Shown here: positions 28,661 through 38,364 of the stretch, in pieces | Layout: every line of letters begins with the position of its first letter | Position numbering within the stretch: position 1 is the first letter of the stretch | NCBI GenBank assembly: GCA_022072125.1 | Contig: JAJVIH010000054.1 | Span: forward strand, 20,368-84,367 | Reading direction: 5' to 3' | Length of the DNA stretch: 64,000 nucleotides | From: Myxococcota bacterium | GTDB taxonomy: Bacteria; Myxococcota; JAJVIH01 | Made by a program: the position numbers and the translations under genes | Notes under the pieces: model-generated | Databases searched by the model: none | What the model was told of the DNA's origin: nothing | Seen by the model: the letters and a program-made list of their open reading frames with translations, nothing else

Positions 28661-28676
28661 ATGAAAGGTGGAAGCC

Positions 28677-29657
28677 ATGGAATCCCTGCCGCTGTTTGAA
28701 CCCGCCGCCAGTTATGAAGATCGCCCGGTCATCGCCGGGCGCAACGGGGTGACCTACCGCGCACTGCAGGCGAAAAGCATCCTGAATTTCGCGAAGGGGT
28801 CGCGCATGAGCGATGTGTGGACCATCAACCCCTATCGTGGCTGCGAATTCGCCTGCGCCTACTGTTACGCACGCTACACCCATGAATACCTGGACCACGA
28901 GGATCCCATCGAGTTCGAACGGCAGGTGTACGTGAAGCAGGAAGCCGCGCGCATTCTCGACCGGGAACTGCGCAAACAGAACGTGCGGGATTTCTCCATC
29001 GCCATCGGCACGGCGACTGATCCCTACCAGCCCGCCGAGGCGCGCCACCAGGTGACCCGCTCCCTGCTGGAGGTGTTCCGCCGCTACACCGGTTTGAGCA
29101 TCGGCATCACCACCAAGGGCGCGCTGATCCGCCGCGACGTGGAGTTGCTGGCGGAGTTGTCGGCGCAGCACCGGTTGACGGTTCATCTGTCCATCGCATC
29201 GTTGGATGCGGAGTTCCTGCGCGTGGTCGAGGGCCGCACCGCCCATCCGGGGCATCGCCTCAAGGCGATGAAAATCCTGGCGGATGCGGGGGTGCGCGTG
29301 GGGCTGTTCATGCTGCCGGTCTTGCCATACCTGACGGACAGCGAGGCGCGCATGCGTCCGCTGTTGGCGGCGGCGCGCGATCACGGGGCGCGCTTCGCCA
29401 TCGGCGGACCGCTGTTTCTGATGAGCGCATCGCGGGTGGTGTATTTCAACTGGCTGCGTGAGACCCACCGGGACCTGCTGCCGAAGTATTTCGCGCTCTA
29501 CGCCAACTCCGGGGAGGCCCGCGAGGAATACCGTGCGGCGCTGAAATACCGTATCCGCCAGCTTGTGGAGGAACTGGGCCTGGAATACGGCATGGATGAA
29601 GACCTGATCACGGCCGGCCGCCGCATGCCGGGCGTGGTGAAATCCGCCTGTGGATGA
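28677..29657 (+). CDS. radical SAM protein, SplB-like (spore photoproduct lyase / DNA repair photolyase family, COG1533-type)
   Basis: ATG at 28677 preceded by AGGTGG; CxxxCxxC cluster in INPYRGCEFACAYCYAR; TIM-barrel-like length of about 325 aa. Confidence 0.85.
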   Translation: MESLPLFEPAASYEDRPVIAGRNGVTYRALQAKSILNFAKGSRMSDVWTINPYRGCEFACAYCYARYTHEYLDHEDPIEFERQVYVKQEAARILDRELRKQNVRDFSIAIGTATDPYQPAEARHQVTRSLLEVFRRYTGLSIGITTKGALIRRDVELLAELSAQHRLTVHLSIASLDAEFLRVVEGRTAHPGHRLKAMKILADAGVRVGLFMLPVLPYLTDSEARMRPLLAAARDHGARFAIGGPLFLMSASRVVYFNWLRETHRDLLPKYFALYANSGEAREEYRAALKYRIRQLVEELGLEYGMDEDLITAGRRMPGVVKSACG

Positions 29658-29702
29658 ATTCGCTCCTTGACCAGCGGGTGATGGATCCGCTTAGTTGCAT
29701 GC

Positions 29703-30968
29703 ATGAGCAGTTCCAGCGCGCCTCCCGCGGGCCAACCACGGATGTCGCCCGGTATTCCAGTCCCCGCTTGGTCCGCCCTTGCGGACAATTGGGGGCTTGA
29801 TCGCGGCATTGTTTTTCTCAACCATGGCTCGTACGGCGCGTGTCCGCGCCCGGTGCTGGACTATCAGCTTGAACTGCGCGAACGGATGGAGGAAGAACCG
29901 GTGCGGTTTTTCCACCGGGAATTTTCCGGGCTGCTGGAAGAGTCCCGGCGTGCGCTGGGCGCGTTCACTGGCGCGCGGGCGGACGATCTGGCGATGATCC
30001 CCAACGCCACCGCGGGAGTGAATATCGTTCTGGAGTCGTTGGACTTGCGCCCCGGCGACGAATTGCTGACCACCAGCCATGATTACGCCGCCTGCCGCAA
30101 CGCCTTGCGGCGCAAGGCCGCGCGCACGGGCGCTCAGGTGGTTGTTGCGAAGGTTCCATTTCCGCTGCGGGATCCCGGACAGGTGACGGAGACCGTGTTG
30201 AACGCCATCACCCCGCGCACCCGCCTGCTGATGATTGATCACGTGACCAGCCCCACCGCCGTGGTTTTCCCTGTCGCGGAGATCATCGCCGCCTGCCGGG
30301 AACGCGGCGTTCCGGTGCTGGTGGATGGAGCCCATGCCCCCGGCATGCTTGATCTGGATATCGAATCCCTGGGTTGTGACTGGTACACGGGCAATTGCCA
30401 CAAATGGCTTTGCGCGCCCAAGGGGGCGGCGTTTTTGTGGGCGCGCCGCGATCGCCAGGCGGAATTGCAACCGCTGGCGGTGAGCCATGGCTACAGCGTC
30501 GAACCGCCCGTCCCGTCGCGCTTCCGGATGGAGTTCGACTGGACCGGCACGGCGGATTACACGGCGATGCTGGCCGTTCCGCGGGCGATTGCTTTCATGG
30601 GGACGCTGCTTCCGGAGGGCTGGCCCGGCGTGCGTGCGCGCAACCACCAGTTCGCCGTGGCGGCGCGGCGCATCCTGTGTGATGCGCTGGGAGCGGAGCC
30701 AGGCTGTCCCGGTGACATGCTGGGTTCGATGGTGTCGATCGAACTTCCGCCAGACCCGCCGCCTGTACCGGCGCGCGGGTTGCTGGGCCTCACGCGGCTG
30801 CAGCACGCCCTGTACGAACGCCATCGCATCGAGGTTCCAGTCATCAACTGGCCGGACGATTCGCGCCGCTGGGTGCGGGTGTCGGCTCAACTCTACAATG
30901 ATCTGCCGCAGATCGAATTTCTGGCGCATGCGCTGCGCGAGGAACTGCGCCGGGAGAAATCCGCGTGA
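29703..30968 (+). CDS. class V aminotransferase-fold PLP enzyme (cysteine desulfurase / isopenicillin N epimerase-like)
   Basis: Motifs GSYGACPRPV, PNATAGVNIV, DGAHAPG, and Lys-containing NCHKWLCAPKG typical of class V fold. Confidence 0.8.
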   Translation: MSSSSAPPAGQPRMSPGIPVPAWSALADNWGLDRGIVFLNHGSYGACPRPVLDYQLELRERMEEEPVRFFHREFSGLLEESRRALGAFTGARADDLAMIPNATAGVNIVLESLDLRPGDELLTTSHDYAACRNALRRKAARTGAQVVVAKVPFPLRDPGQVTETVLNAITPRTRLLMIDHVTSPTAVVFPVAEIIAACRERGVPVLVDGAHAPGMLDLDIESLGCDWYTGNCHKWLCAPKGAAFLWARRDRQAELQPLAVSHGYSVEPPVPSRFRMEFDWTGTADYTAMLAVPRAIAFMGTLLPEGWPGVRARNHQFAVAARRILCDALGAEPGCPGDMLGSMVSIELPPDPPPVPARGLLGLTRLQHALYERHRIEVPVINWPDDSRRWVRVSAQLYNDLPQIEFLAHALREELRREKSA

Positions 30969-31504
30969 AAATCCTGATCCCGTGTCTGGCCATGGCCGTG
31001 CTTGCCGCCTGTTCGCCATCGGAATCGGCGAAAAAAGCCGCCCAGGCGAGTCCGCCGCCGGCAAGGTCGGGCGCAGGCTCCGCTCCAACCCCGGCCGCCG
31101 CCGGTGCGCCCGCGAGCGCGGCCTTGTATGGCGCGCCGTTCGAGCCCGGACAACCCATCACGGTGGGAGCGGCGCTGGAGAGTGCGGCGGCGGAATCGGG
31201 CAAATTGATCCAGCTTGCAGGCCAGGTGCGCCGGGTTTGCCAGCGCAAAGGCTGCTGGATGGAATTGGCTGGGGACAATCCTGATCAGGCGGTGCGCGTG
31301 ACCTTCAAGGACTACGGATTTTTCATGCCGCTGGATTCCGCGGGCAGCCGCGCTTGGTTGCAGGGAGAATTGCAGTCGAAATACATGGATCCGGCGACGG
31401 TCCGCCACCTGGAAGAGGAGGGCGCGGTGATCGCCAACAAGACCCCGGAAGGCGGCGCGCACCAGGTGGAGGTGGTGGCGTCCGGCGTCCGTTTGTGGCG
31501 TTGA
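30965..31504 (+). CDS. DUF4920-type lipoprotein
   Basis: GTG start overlapping upstream stop (GTGA); lipobox LAAC; conserved VCQRKGCWMEL..VRVTFKDYGFFMP block. Confidence 0.7.
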   Translation: MKILIPCLAMAVLAACSPSESAKKAAQASPPPARSGAGSAPTPAAAGAPASAALYGAPFEPGQPITVGAALESAAAESGKLIQLAGQVRRVCQRKGCWMELAGDNPDQAVRVTFKDYGFFMPLDSAGSRAWLQGELQSKYMDPATVRHLEEEGAVIANKTPEGGAHQVEVVASGVRLWR

Positions 31505-31665
31505 GCCGCCTGGATGGGCGTTCCACCCGTCCGGAAAACGCGGGGCGAGACCGTCACGCAGTTCCCGCCGGATTGAGCGGCGCCCGGTGGCTGGAAGACG
31601 CTGTTTGCGCCGCGGAACAGGCGGCACTGGAAATCGTCCGGCGGATTCGTTAAGGATCGGGGGCC

Positions 31666-32220
31666 ATGGAGCGTGTTCTCCTGCTGAACCAATCCTACCA
31701 GCCGCTTACCGTGATCTCGTGGCGCAGGGCGATCACTCTCCAGTTCCTGGGAAAAATCGAGGTGATTGAGGAGTACCAGCGGCAGATTCGCTCGGTCTCC
31801 ACATCCATTCCCGCCCCAGCCGTGGTGAGGTTGACGGAATATGTGGCGCTGCGCCGCCGCGTGGTGAAATTTTCCCGCCGCAACCTGTATCTGCGCGATC
31901 AGTTCACCTGCCAGTATTGCCGGCTGATCTTTGACGCGGGTGATTTGACCTACGATCACGTGGTGCCGCGCCGTCTGGGCGGCAAGACCGAATGGTCGAA
32001 TGTGGTGACCGCGTGCCGTCCATGCAATTCGGCCAAGGGCGGCCGCACGCCGGAACAGGCGGGCATGGCTCTGCATCGTCCGCCCGCGCGTCCCCACTAT
32101 GATCCGCGCTATGAAATCAGCATGACGCATCCCCGCGTGCCCGAGGTCTGGCTGAATTATCTGCCCTGGCAGTTGCGCCCGCCGTTTTTCGCCCAGGAAC
32201 TCGAACGTTTGGCGTCGTAG
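31666..32220 (+). CDS. HNH endonuclease
   Basis: ATG at 31666; HNH core C..C..YDHVVPRRLGGKTEWSNVVTACRPCNSAKG with zinc-binding Cys pairs. Confidence 0.85.
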   Translation: MERVLLLNQSYQPLTVISWRRAITLQFLGKIEVIEEYQRQIRSVSTSIPAPAVVRLTEYVALRRRVVKFSRRNLYLRDQFTCQYCRLIFDAGDLTYDHVVPRRLGGKTEWSNVVTACRPCNSAKGGRTPEQAGMALHRPPARPHYDPRYEISMTHPRVPEVWLNYLPWQLRPPFFAQELERLAS

Positions 32221-32342
32221 CGAGTTTCCGGGCGGTCTTCCATCATGCCCGTTCCGGCGCAGTGAACCGAAGCTCCACCGTCAATCCGCGCCTCGTTGAT
32301 TGCGGACGGGCAGGCGCGCCATCCGTTGGCGGCGATATCCAT

Positions 32343-34760
32343 CTAATCAATCTCGCGGGAGACCGACAGGGCTGACAGGTCGAGCACAATGCCGATATCG
32401 GGGCGGTCACGGCCCAGCAACTGGCTGATCCGGAAGGTCAGGTTCAGGCAGCGGCACGGCGAATCGAAGCGCAGGCCGAAACTGTGGCCGTACACCCGTC
32501 CATCCAGAAACGAATATGCGATGCCGTAATACGCGGTGAAATTGGGGTTCAACACCACGCTGGAGTTGAGGGTCGCCTGGTGGAGTTCGCCGTGATCGGC
32601 GCGCACGGGGTTGAACGCGGGAGGGGCTGCCTCCAGCGCCCTTAATTGCCAGGGAGTACGTCCGCGCCGGGGCAGCCAGGCGTACTGGATGGAGAGGGTG
32701 TCGTTGCGGGTGTCGCGCAGGGTGACGCTGGCGGCGGCTTCGTTGACCTGCTCACGCCGCCAGTCCCAGCCCGATCGCACCTGAGCGCTCCAGTAATCCA
32801 TGCGCCAGCCCGCGAGCAGAAACAGCGGGGTCAGGCGATCCACGAAGGATCGCGCCAGGGTGGATTCGATGTCCAGCGCCTGCTCCGCCGCCAGGGTCAG
32901 CACGCCCCAGCGTCCATGCGCCCGCGCCGGGACCCAGCGCTGCTCCAGCGACACCGCCGCCTGATGCAGCGGCTGGATGTCATCCCATTCATCCAGCGCC
33001 GCCGGAAGGGGCGAGGTGCGGGCGACCGCCGGGACATAACGCCACTGCACGGCGGGCCGCAGTTCGTGAATCACCCCTCGTCCCCATTTGCCATGGGCGA
33101 CCGGCCCGCCCTTGAGGTCGAACCAGGGCGTGCTCTGCGCGGTGAAGGCGCGGCGCGGCTCCAGCCCGGACAACCTGAATTGCGGCGGAGAATCATCTGG
33201 CGCGGCGGAGAAGGCGAGGTTCTGGTGGATACCCGCGCGGGCGCGGAGGTACCCGGCGTCGCCCCGCAAAGGCCAAAACGCCAGTTCCGGACGCAGCGAC
33301 AGACGGATAAGCCGCCGGGCGTCTTCGTAGGGGTCGTGCAGGCCGTTGAGTTCACCAATGTCGAGACCGGGATAATTCAGCGTGCGGCCGGGATAAACGC
33401 CATCCACGCCGCCGTCGTTCCAGGAACGGATGGGATCGAGCCAGGCGGTCAGTCCGCTTTCGAGGCTGAAGCGCAGGGCTGTTAACCCGAATAGAGCCGT
33501 GGAGGGAACGCCAAGCTGGATATCGGGCGCGCGGTTCAATTCCGACAGGCCGCGGCGGTCAAACAGGTTGGGATGACCGGCCCGCAGGTCCTGATAGCCA
33601 AAGACGCCGATGGATAGCGACAGATCATGGCTCCGGCGGCGGAACTCCACATCGGAGCGCAGGTATTCGGTTTCACGCTCGCCCAGCCCCAAAGCGAACT
33701 GGCGGATCCAGCGGGCGTCGCTGGCGATGTCCATGCGTCCGCGGAACAGCCACTGGGAGGACAGCCGGTGCAGGTGGTCGCCGGTGACGACGAAGCGCCA
33801 CAGCGGATCGCGGCCGCCGCGATCCCAGAGCAGGGCGGCGTACCAGCGTCCGCCCAGGTCCCAGGTGGGAGCGTAGCGGAACTCGCTGGCCAGGCGCAGC
33901 CCCGAGCGCTCATAGTAGCCGATGGATGGGGTGGCGTCATAGCTCTCGTGAATGGCGATGAAGACCGGAACCTCAGCGAAATAGCCATGGATGCCGTTGA
34001 CGCCCATGCGCGGCGGCAACAGGCCGGTCAGCCGCCGGGCGAGCGGAAAGCGGATCCACGGAACCCACGCCACCGGGATGTCCTTGATGTAAAGCACGCC
34101 GTTGGTCATCACGATGGCCTGTCCGGCGCGGGCCTTTGCGTGTCCGGCGCCCAGGCTCCAGGTGGGTTTGGCCTCCTTGCAGTCGCAGGGGGTGAATCGA
34201 GCGCGGGAAATTTCCAGTTCCTTTTCGCCGGTGCGCAGGATTTCGCTCCCTTGGATGGAGTAGCGTGTCAGGCCGCCCGGCGGCGGGGTCTGGTCCGCCT
34301 GCTCAATCCAGTCAGCGGGGATGGGGTCCAGGTCTTGTTTGATCCAGAAATGGGCGTCCAGCAGCCTGCCCCTGGGATCGGCCAGATCAATCTCCGCTGA
34401 ATCCGCGGCGATGAAACGCAATCCTTGCTGGATGCGCACCCGTCCGCGCAGGATCAGACGGCGGTCGCCGCGGTGGAGCACGGCCTCGTCCGCGGAGAAG
34501 CGCGCCTCGGGATTGCGGACCCGCACATGGCCGCGCAGGATGACCCGGTTGCTGGCGGCGTCGAACTGGATGGCGTCCGCGCTGACTTCGATGGGGTACC
34601 GGTGGGCAGGATCGCGATCAAGGAAAAAGGGCTCCTGGACCTCGCGGCCTGGGGCGATGGGACGGGGCAGGATGGGGTCGGGCAAAAACGTTTGGGCGCT
34701 GCCCTGACCATGCGTCAGTAGAGCAGCGCCCAACACGATGGCGTGCAGGAGGACACGCAC
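32343..34760 (-). CDS. lptD: LPS-assembly outer-membrane protein LptD
   Basis: Signal peptide; N-terminal OstA-like region (RGHVRVRN, LILRGRVRI); Cys pairs near both ends (CDC, CRC); large beta-barrel body. Confidence 0.85.
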   Translation of the reverse strand: MRVLLHAIVLGAALLTHGQGSAQTFLPDPILPRPIAPGREVQEPFFLDRDPAHRYPIEVSADAIQFDAASNRVILRGHVRVRNPEARFSADEAVLHRGDRRLILRGRVRIQQGLRFIAADSAEIDLADPRGRLLDAHFWIKQDLDPIPADWIEQADQTPPPGGLTRYSIQGSEILRTGEKELEISRARFTPCDCKEAKPTWSLGAGHAKARAGQAIVMTNGVLYIKDIPVAWVPWIRFPLARRLTGLLPPRMGVNGIHGYFAEVPVFIAIHESYDATPSIGYYERSGLRLASEFRYAPTWDLGGRWYAALLWDRGGRDPLWRFVVTGDHLHRLSSQWLFRGRMDIASDARWIRQFALGLGERETEYLRSDVEFRRRSHDLSLSIGVFGYQDLRAGHPNLFDRRGLSELNRAPDIQLGVPSTALFGLTALRFSLESGLTAWLDPIRSWNDGGVDGVYPGRTLNYPGLDIGELNGLHDPYEDARRLIRLSLRPELAFWPLRGDAGYLRARAGIHQNLAFSAAPDDSPPQFRLSGLEPRRAFTAQSTPWFDLKGGPVAHGKWGRGVIHELRPAVQWRYVPAVARTSPLPAALDEWDDIQPLHQAAVSLEQRWVPARAHGRWGVLTLAAEQALDIESTLARSFVDRLTPLFLLAGWRMDYWSAQVRSGWDWRREQVNEAAASVTLRDTRNDTLSIQYAWLPRRGRTPWQLRALEAAPPAFNPVRADHGELHQATLNSSVVLNPNFTAYYGIAYSFLDGRVYGHSFGLRFDSPCRCLNLTFRISQLLGRDRPDIGIVLDLSALSVSREID

Positions 34761-36089
34761 TTATTCGACGGCGGCCGCGCCTTCTTCCTGAACGCCGGCT
34801 GGAGCGCCCGGCTCGGTGTTTGGCTTGAGGGTCCGCTTGAATTCGAGATGGATTTCGTTCTTTTCCTGGCGCACGTCGTAAGGCACCTTTTCGCGCAGGG
34901 TGATTTCGATGCGTACGCCAGACTGGTCGGATTTGGGGCGGATTTCCTTTACCGCGCTGCTGAAAAACTCGGCGTCGAGAAGGTTCTTGTTGTTGCGCAG
35001 GGGAATGCGGGTATTGACCAACTCCACCACCACGCGGTTATCGCCCACTTCATTGACATAATATTCAACCGGTTCGTTGGTCCGGACAATCACACGGCTC
35101 TTCTCCTGCTCCTGCCTGAAGGCCAGCCGTCCCATCGCCGATGGGCCGCGTGAATAGGCGGCCGGCGAAGCGGCGGAACGTTCAACCGGACGGGCGACAG
35201 GAGCGGGTTCCACCGGGGCAGGCCTGGACCTGCTGGCGGCGGGAGCGGAGGGCTTGGCGCCCGCGCCGGGCTCATCGAAAAATTCTTCATCGGAAAATTC
35301 TTCGTCGTAAAACTCGTCTTCCGCCGCGGCGGGAGCGGACGCCTTGGCCGGAGCGGGCGGCGCGGCCGCGACCTTTGGCTGGGGGGCCGGAGCAGGGGCC
35401 GGTTTAACGGGCGGCGGCTTCGGCAGTTCAGCTTCTTCCACGGGAACGGGTGGCGGCGTGGAGCTTTTGGCCTGGGGCGCCGGAGCAGGCGCCACCCCAC
35501 GCTCGATCAGAATTTCCTTCCCCTGGGGAGCAGGCGCGGCGGAAGGAGGCGGGGTTTTTGCAGCCATGGCGGGGGGCGGCGCAGCCGCTGGAGGGGCGGG
35601 CTTGGCCGGCGGAGCGCCGTCTTCCGATTCCTCGGTGAATTCCTCGGCCGCCGGTTTGGGCGGCGGCGCCTTGGTGATGGCGGGTGGCTGAGCAGCCGGA
35701 CCCGTCCGGCCAATCAGCTTGAGCACCAAGCTGTTGCCATTGATTTTGGCGTCTACTTCGGCGTCCTTGGCCACGTAGAAGGTAAAGCGGCCCTGGGCTT
35801 TTTCTCCCTCGCCTACGGCGGCGGCGCGCCACTCGCTCAGCACCGGCAGTTTGGTCTCCGAACGTGGAGCGACGTTCTTGAGCTTGACGCCCGACACATC
35901 CACCACGAAGCGTTCGGGATCCTGCAGGCGGAAGGTGGTGAAATCCGGGGCGGCGGTGCATTGGATGGTGACAATGGCGTTGGCGCCTTCTGTCCTCACC
36001 TGCACAGCACTGACGGTATTCCCCTGGGCCAGCGCCTCGCCGGCGGCCAGCACGCCCGCCACACCCAGAGTCAATGACCAATAACGCAT
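34761..36089 (-). CDS. AMIN-domain protein with long Pro/Ala-rich linker
   Basis: ATG at 36089 (MRYWSLTLGVAGVLAAGEALAQ signal peptide); AMIN-like beta modules at both ends (VSAVQVRTEGANAIVTI..FVVDVSGVKL; SRVIVRTNEPVEYYV..RVVVEL); central PPKPAAE/APAP low complexity; abuts lptD start. Confidence 0.65.
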   Translation of the reverse strand: MRYWSLTLGVAGVLAAGEALAQGNTVSAVQVRTEGANAIVTIQCTAAPDFTTFRLQDPERFVVDVSGVKLKNVAPRSETKLPVLSEWRAAAVGEGEKAQGRFTFYVAKDAEVDAKINGNSLVLKLIGRTGPAAQPPAITKAPPPKPAAEEFTEESEDGAPPAKPAPPAAAPPPAMAAKTPPPSAAPAPQGKEILIERGVAPAPAPQAKSSTPPPVPVEEAELPKPPPVKPAPAPAPQPKVAAAPPAPAKASAPAAAEDEFYDEEFSDEEFFDEPGAGAKPSAPAASRSRPAPVEPAPVARPVERSAASPAAYSRGPSAMGRLAFRQEQEKSRVIVRTNEPVEYYVNEVGDNRVVVELVNTRIPLRNNKNLLDAEFFSSAVKEIRPKSDQSGVRIEITLREKVPYDVRQEKNEIHLEFKRTLKPNTEPGAPAGVQEEGAAAVE

Positions 36090-36425
36090 GACGATCAATC
36101 CTTTTCAGACTCTTGAAGCCAGTATAGAGGCGGTTTTCCACCCCCGCAAATTTAATGAGTCTGATAAATCGCAGCGGTGTTCCCGATGGTGTTCCTGAAC
36201 CGGGCGGAGGCGGGAAGCAGAGGGGGATGCAACCTTTCTCCGGAGGTTGCGGCGCCTGGGAGAAACCGGTGCGGGCCGGATACCCTATGATGGGACGTGT
36301 TTAATGTAATCGGTCATTTGACATTTTGGCGCCGGGAGGCGCTTGACTTGATGCAGTGCGGCAATGTAGCTTGCCTGCTCCGGGTGCCCATATCTTCACG
36401 AATCCAAGAACACAGGGAGCAATCC

Positions 36426-38207
36426 ATGCCGTGTAACAGCAAAATATCGCCATTGTTTCTGGCGATGGTCCTCGCGGCCAGCATTTCCGCCTGCGGGGGA
36501 GACGACAAGAATACCGGAACCAGCGATGGCGGCGGAGTCACCGATGGCTCCGGAAACAATGATCAGAGAGACGCAGGTCCTGGAACCTCCCTGGATGTGC
36601 CGCGTCCTGACACCCAGCCCGCGCCCGATGTGGGAGGAAGTGAAGAGGACTTCACCGACGGCAAGGTCCGCTGCCCCAATCTGAATGCTTGCGCCGCCGC
36701 CTGCCCGGATGGCGATTCAAGCTGCATCCAGAACTGTGTGCAGTCGGAAGGTCCAAGCTGCGGACGCTGCATCCAGGCATACCAGCGCTGTGTTCAGGAC
36801 AGCGGCTGCCTGGTCAACCAGGAAGTGGATGACAAATGCGCGTTTGACAAATGCGAAAAATACTTTGGCACCTGTTTTGGTCCGCGTCCGACCAAGAGCG
36901 ACTGCAAGTCGAACAAGGATTGCACCGACAGCAAAACCTGCGCGGTGGCGCTCGCTCCGGATGGAACCGGTCTGATCACCGCCTGCCAGAAAACCAACAC
37001 GGCCACCGGCAAGACCGGCGACAAATGCGATTCCAACAAGGATCCCAATGATCCGCAGTGCCCCAACTTCGGGCTGGCGGCCGCCTGCTTCCCGCTGAAC
37101 GATGGTTCGGGCGGCGTGTGCAGCGGTATCTGCTCGACCGATGCGGATTGCGGCGGTACGCTGATCTGCACCACGCTCAACATCCGCTACAGCGCCAACG
37201 ACCCGACCAAGACTTCGCCGGTGAGCATTTGCCAGGAGAAGGTGGTCGCCAACTGCAAGAAGAATCAGGACTGCAAGACCGGCCAAGTTTGCGGCGTCCG
37301 GCTGGACAACGCTGGCAAGGCGCTGGTCACCACTTGCGTCGCCCCGGTTGGCAAGCTGGCCGCCGGCGCCGCTTGCAATCCGGACCTGCAGGATCCGAAG
37401 CCCGAAGAGGAATGTGACATCGGCCTCTGCTTCAACAACGGCAAATGCGCCCAAACCTGCGGCGCCGACGCGGACTGCGGCAAGGACAATTCCTGCCAGG
37501 GCATCAACCTGCGCATTGGCGGCACCGAGGCCCGTCCGGAGTTCGGAACCGCGCCCTTCTGTGTTCCCTGCGCGGGTTCGTGCGCTGTCTGCAAATCCAA
37601 CGCGGAATGCCAGAATGGCGAGGTCTGCAAAATCGGCGCGACCATTGACGGCACGCCCGGCGGACGTTGCTCCGCCCCTGAAAAGGATGGTGTGGCTCCA
37701 GGCGAAAAATGCGGCGATCCCAAGAAGGGCGAAAAAGTCTGCGCCAATGATCTGTGCTTCCGTGCGGGAACCTGCGGCGCCCTCTGCGGAAAGCAGGAAG
37801 ACTGCCCGAAGGATTCGCGTTGCGTCTTCCAATCCATCTCCGCGGGCAAGGGGCTGACCCTGTGCGTTCCCTTCACGGGCAGCGCCAAGACCTGCAAGAA
37901 GGACGCGGACTGCACCGGCGGCGAAGTTTGCACCATCTTCCCGGGCGCCGAATCCAACAAGTTCGACACCGTGTGCGCCGCCGCGCAACCCAATGGCGTC
38001 AAGCCGGGTGAAGCCTGCGGCGATCCCGCCACTGGCGGCAAGGTTTGCGCCAACGACATTTGCCTGAACAACGGCAAATGCTCCGCGGTCTGCGACGCCG
38101 ACGCCGACTGCACCGCTGGAACCAAGTGCCAGCCGGTTCCGCTGACCAGCGGCGCCAACGCCCCGACCGTGAAGCTGTGCGTCCCGCCAGCTAACCCCAC
38201 GCCGTAA
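36426..38207 (+). CDS. Cys-rich repeat lipoprotein
   Basis: ATG at 36426 (lipobox SISAC); roughly ten repeats of the type G(E/D)xCGDP..GxKVCANDxC..G.C...C..D.DC; no enzymatic motif. Confidence 0.7.
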   Translation: MPCNSKISPLFLAMVLAASISACGGDDKNTGTSDGGGVTDGSGNNDQRDAGPGTSLDVPRPDTQPAPDVGGSEEDFTDGKVRCPNLNACAAACPDGDSSCIQNCVQSEGPSCGRCIQAYQRCVQDSGCLVNQEVDDKCAFDKCEKYFGTCFGPRPTKSDCKSNKDCTDSKTCAVALAPDGTGLITACQKTNTATGKTGDKCDSNKDPNDPQCPNFGLAAACFPLNDGSGGVCSGICSTDADCGGTLICTTLNIRYSANDPTKTSPVSICQEKVVANCKKNQDCKTGQVCGVRLDNAGKALVTTCVAPVGKLAAGAACNPDLQDPKPEEECDIGLCFNNGKCAQTCGADADCGKDNSCQGINLRIGGTEARPEFGTAPFCVPCAGSCAVCKSNAECQNGEVCKIGATIDGTPGGRCSAPEKDGVAPGEKCGDPKKGEKVCANDLCFRAGTCGALCGKQEDCPKDSRCVFQSISAGKGLTLCVPFTGSAKTCKKDADCTGGEVCTIFPGAESNKFDTVCAAAQPNGVKPGEACGDPATGGKVCANDICLNNGKCSAVCDADADCTAGTKCQPVPLTSGANAPTVKLCVPPANPTP

Positions 38208-38227
38208 GCTGGGGAGCAGTTCCAACA

Positions 38228-38264
38228 GACAGAGGCGGCTTCCGGGCCGCCTCTGTCATTTCAT
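38228..38264. terminator. GC-rich stem-loop between convergent genes (putative intrinsic terminator)
   Basis: GACAGAGGCGGC-TTCCGG-GCCGCCTCTGTC (12-bp perfect stem) followed by ATTTCAT; lies between the stop at 38207 and the stop at 38365. Confidence 0.45.
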
Positions 38265-38364
38265 ATGCGTTGAAGGGCTGGGGGTGAACGAAACCTGGGT
38301 GCGCGGGAAGGCAGGTAATCCGGCGCCTGAATGCGGCAATGGGGCGTCCGTTGGTACTTGGGAT

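Noticed and set aside
31666-32220. HNH endonuclease as part of a Septu-like or restriction system
   Set aside because: No adjacent ATPase, methyltransferase or helicase; flanked by DUF4920 and lptD, so it is treated as a stand-alone HNH protein
36717-38225. 502-aa minus-strand ORF
   Set aside because: Antisense to the Cys-rich lipoprotein gene, whose repeats and lipobox mark the true frame
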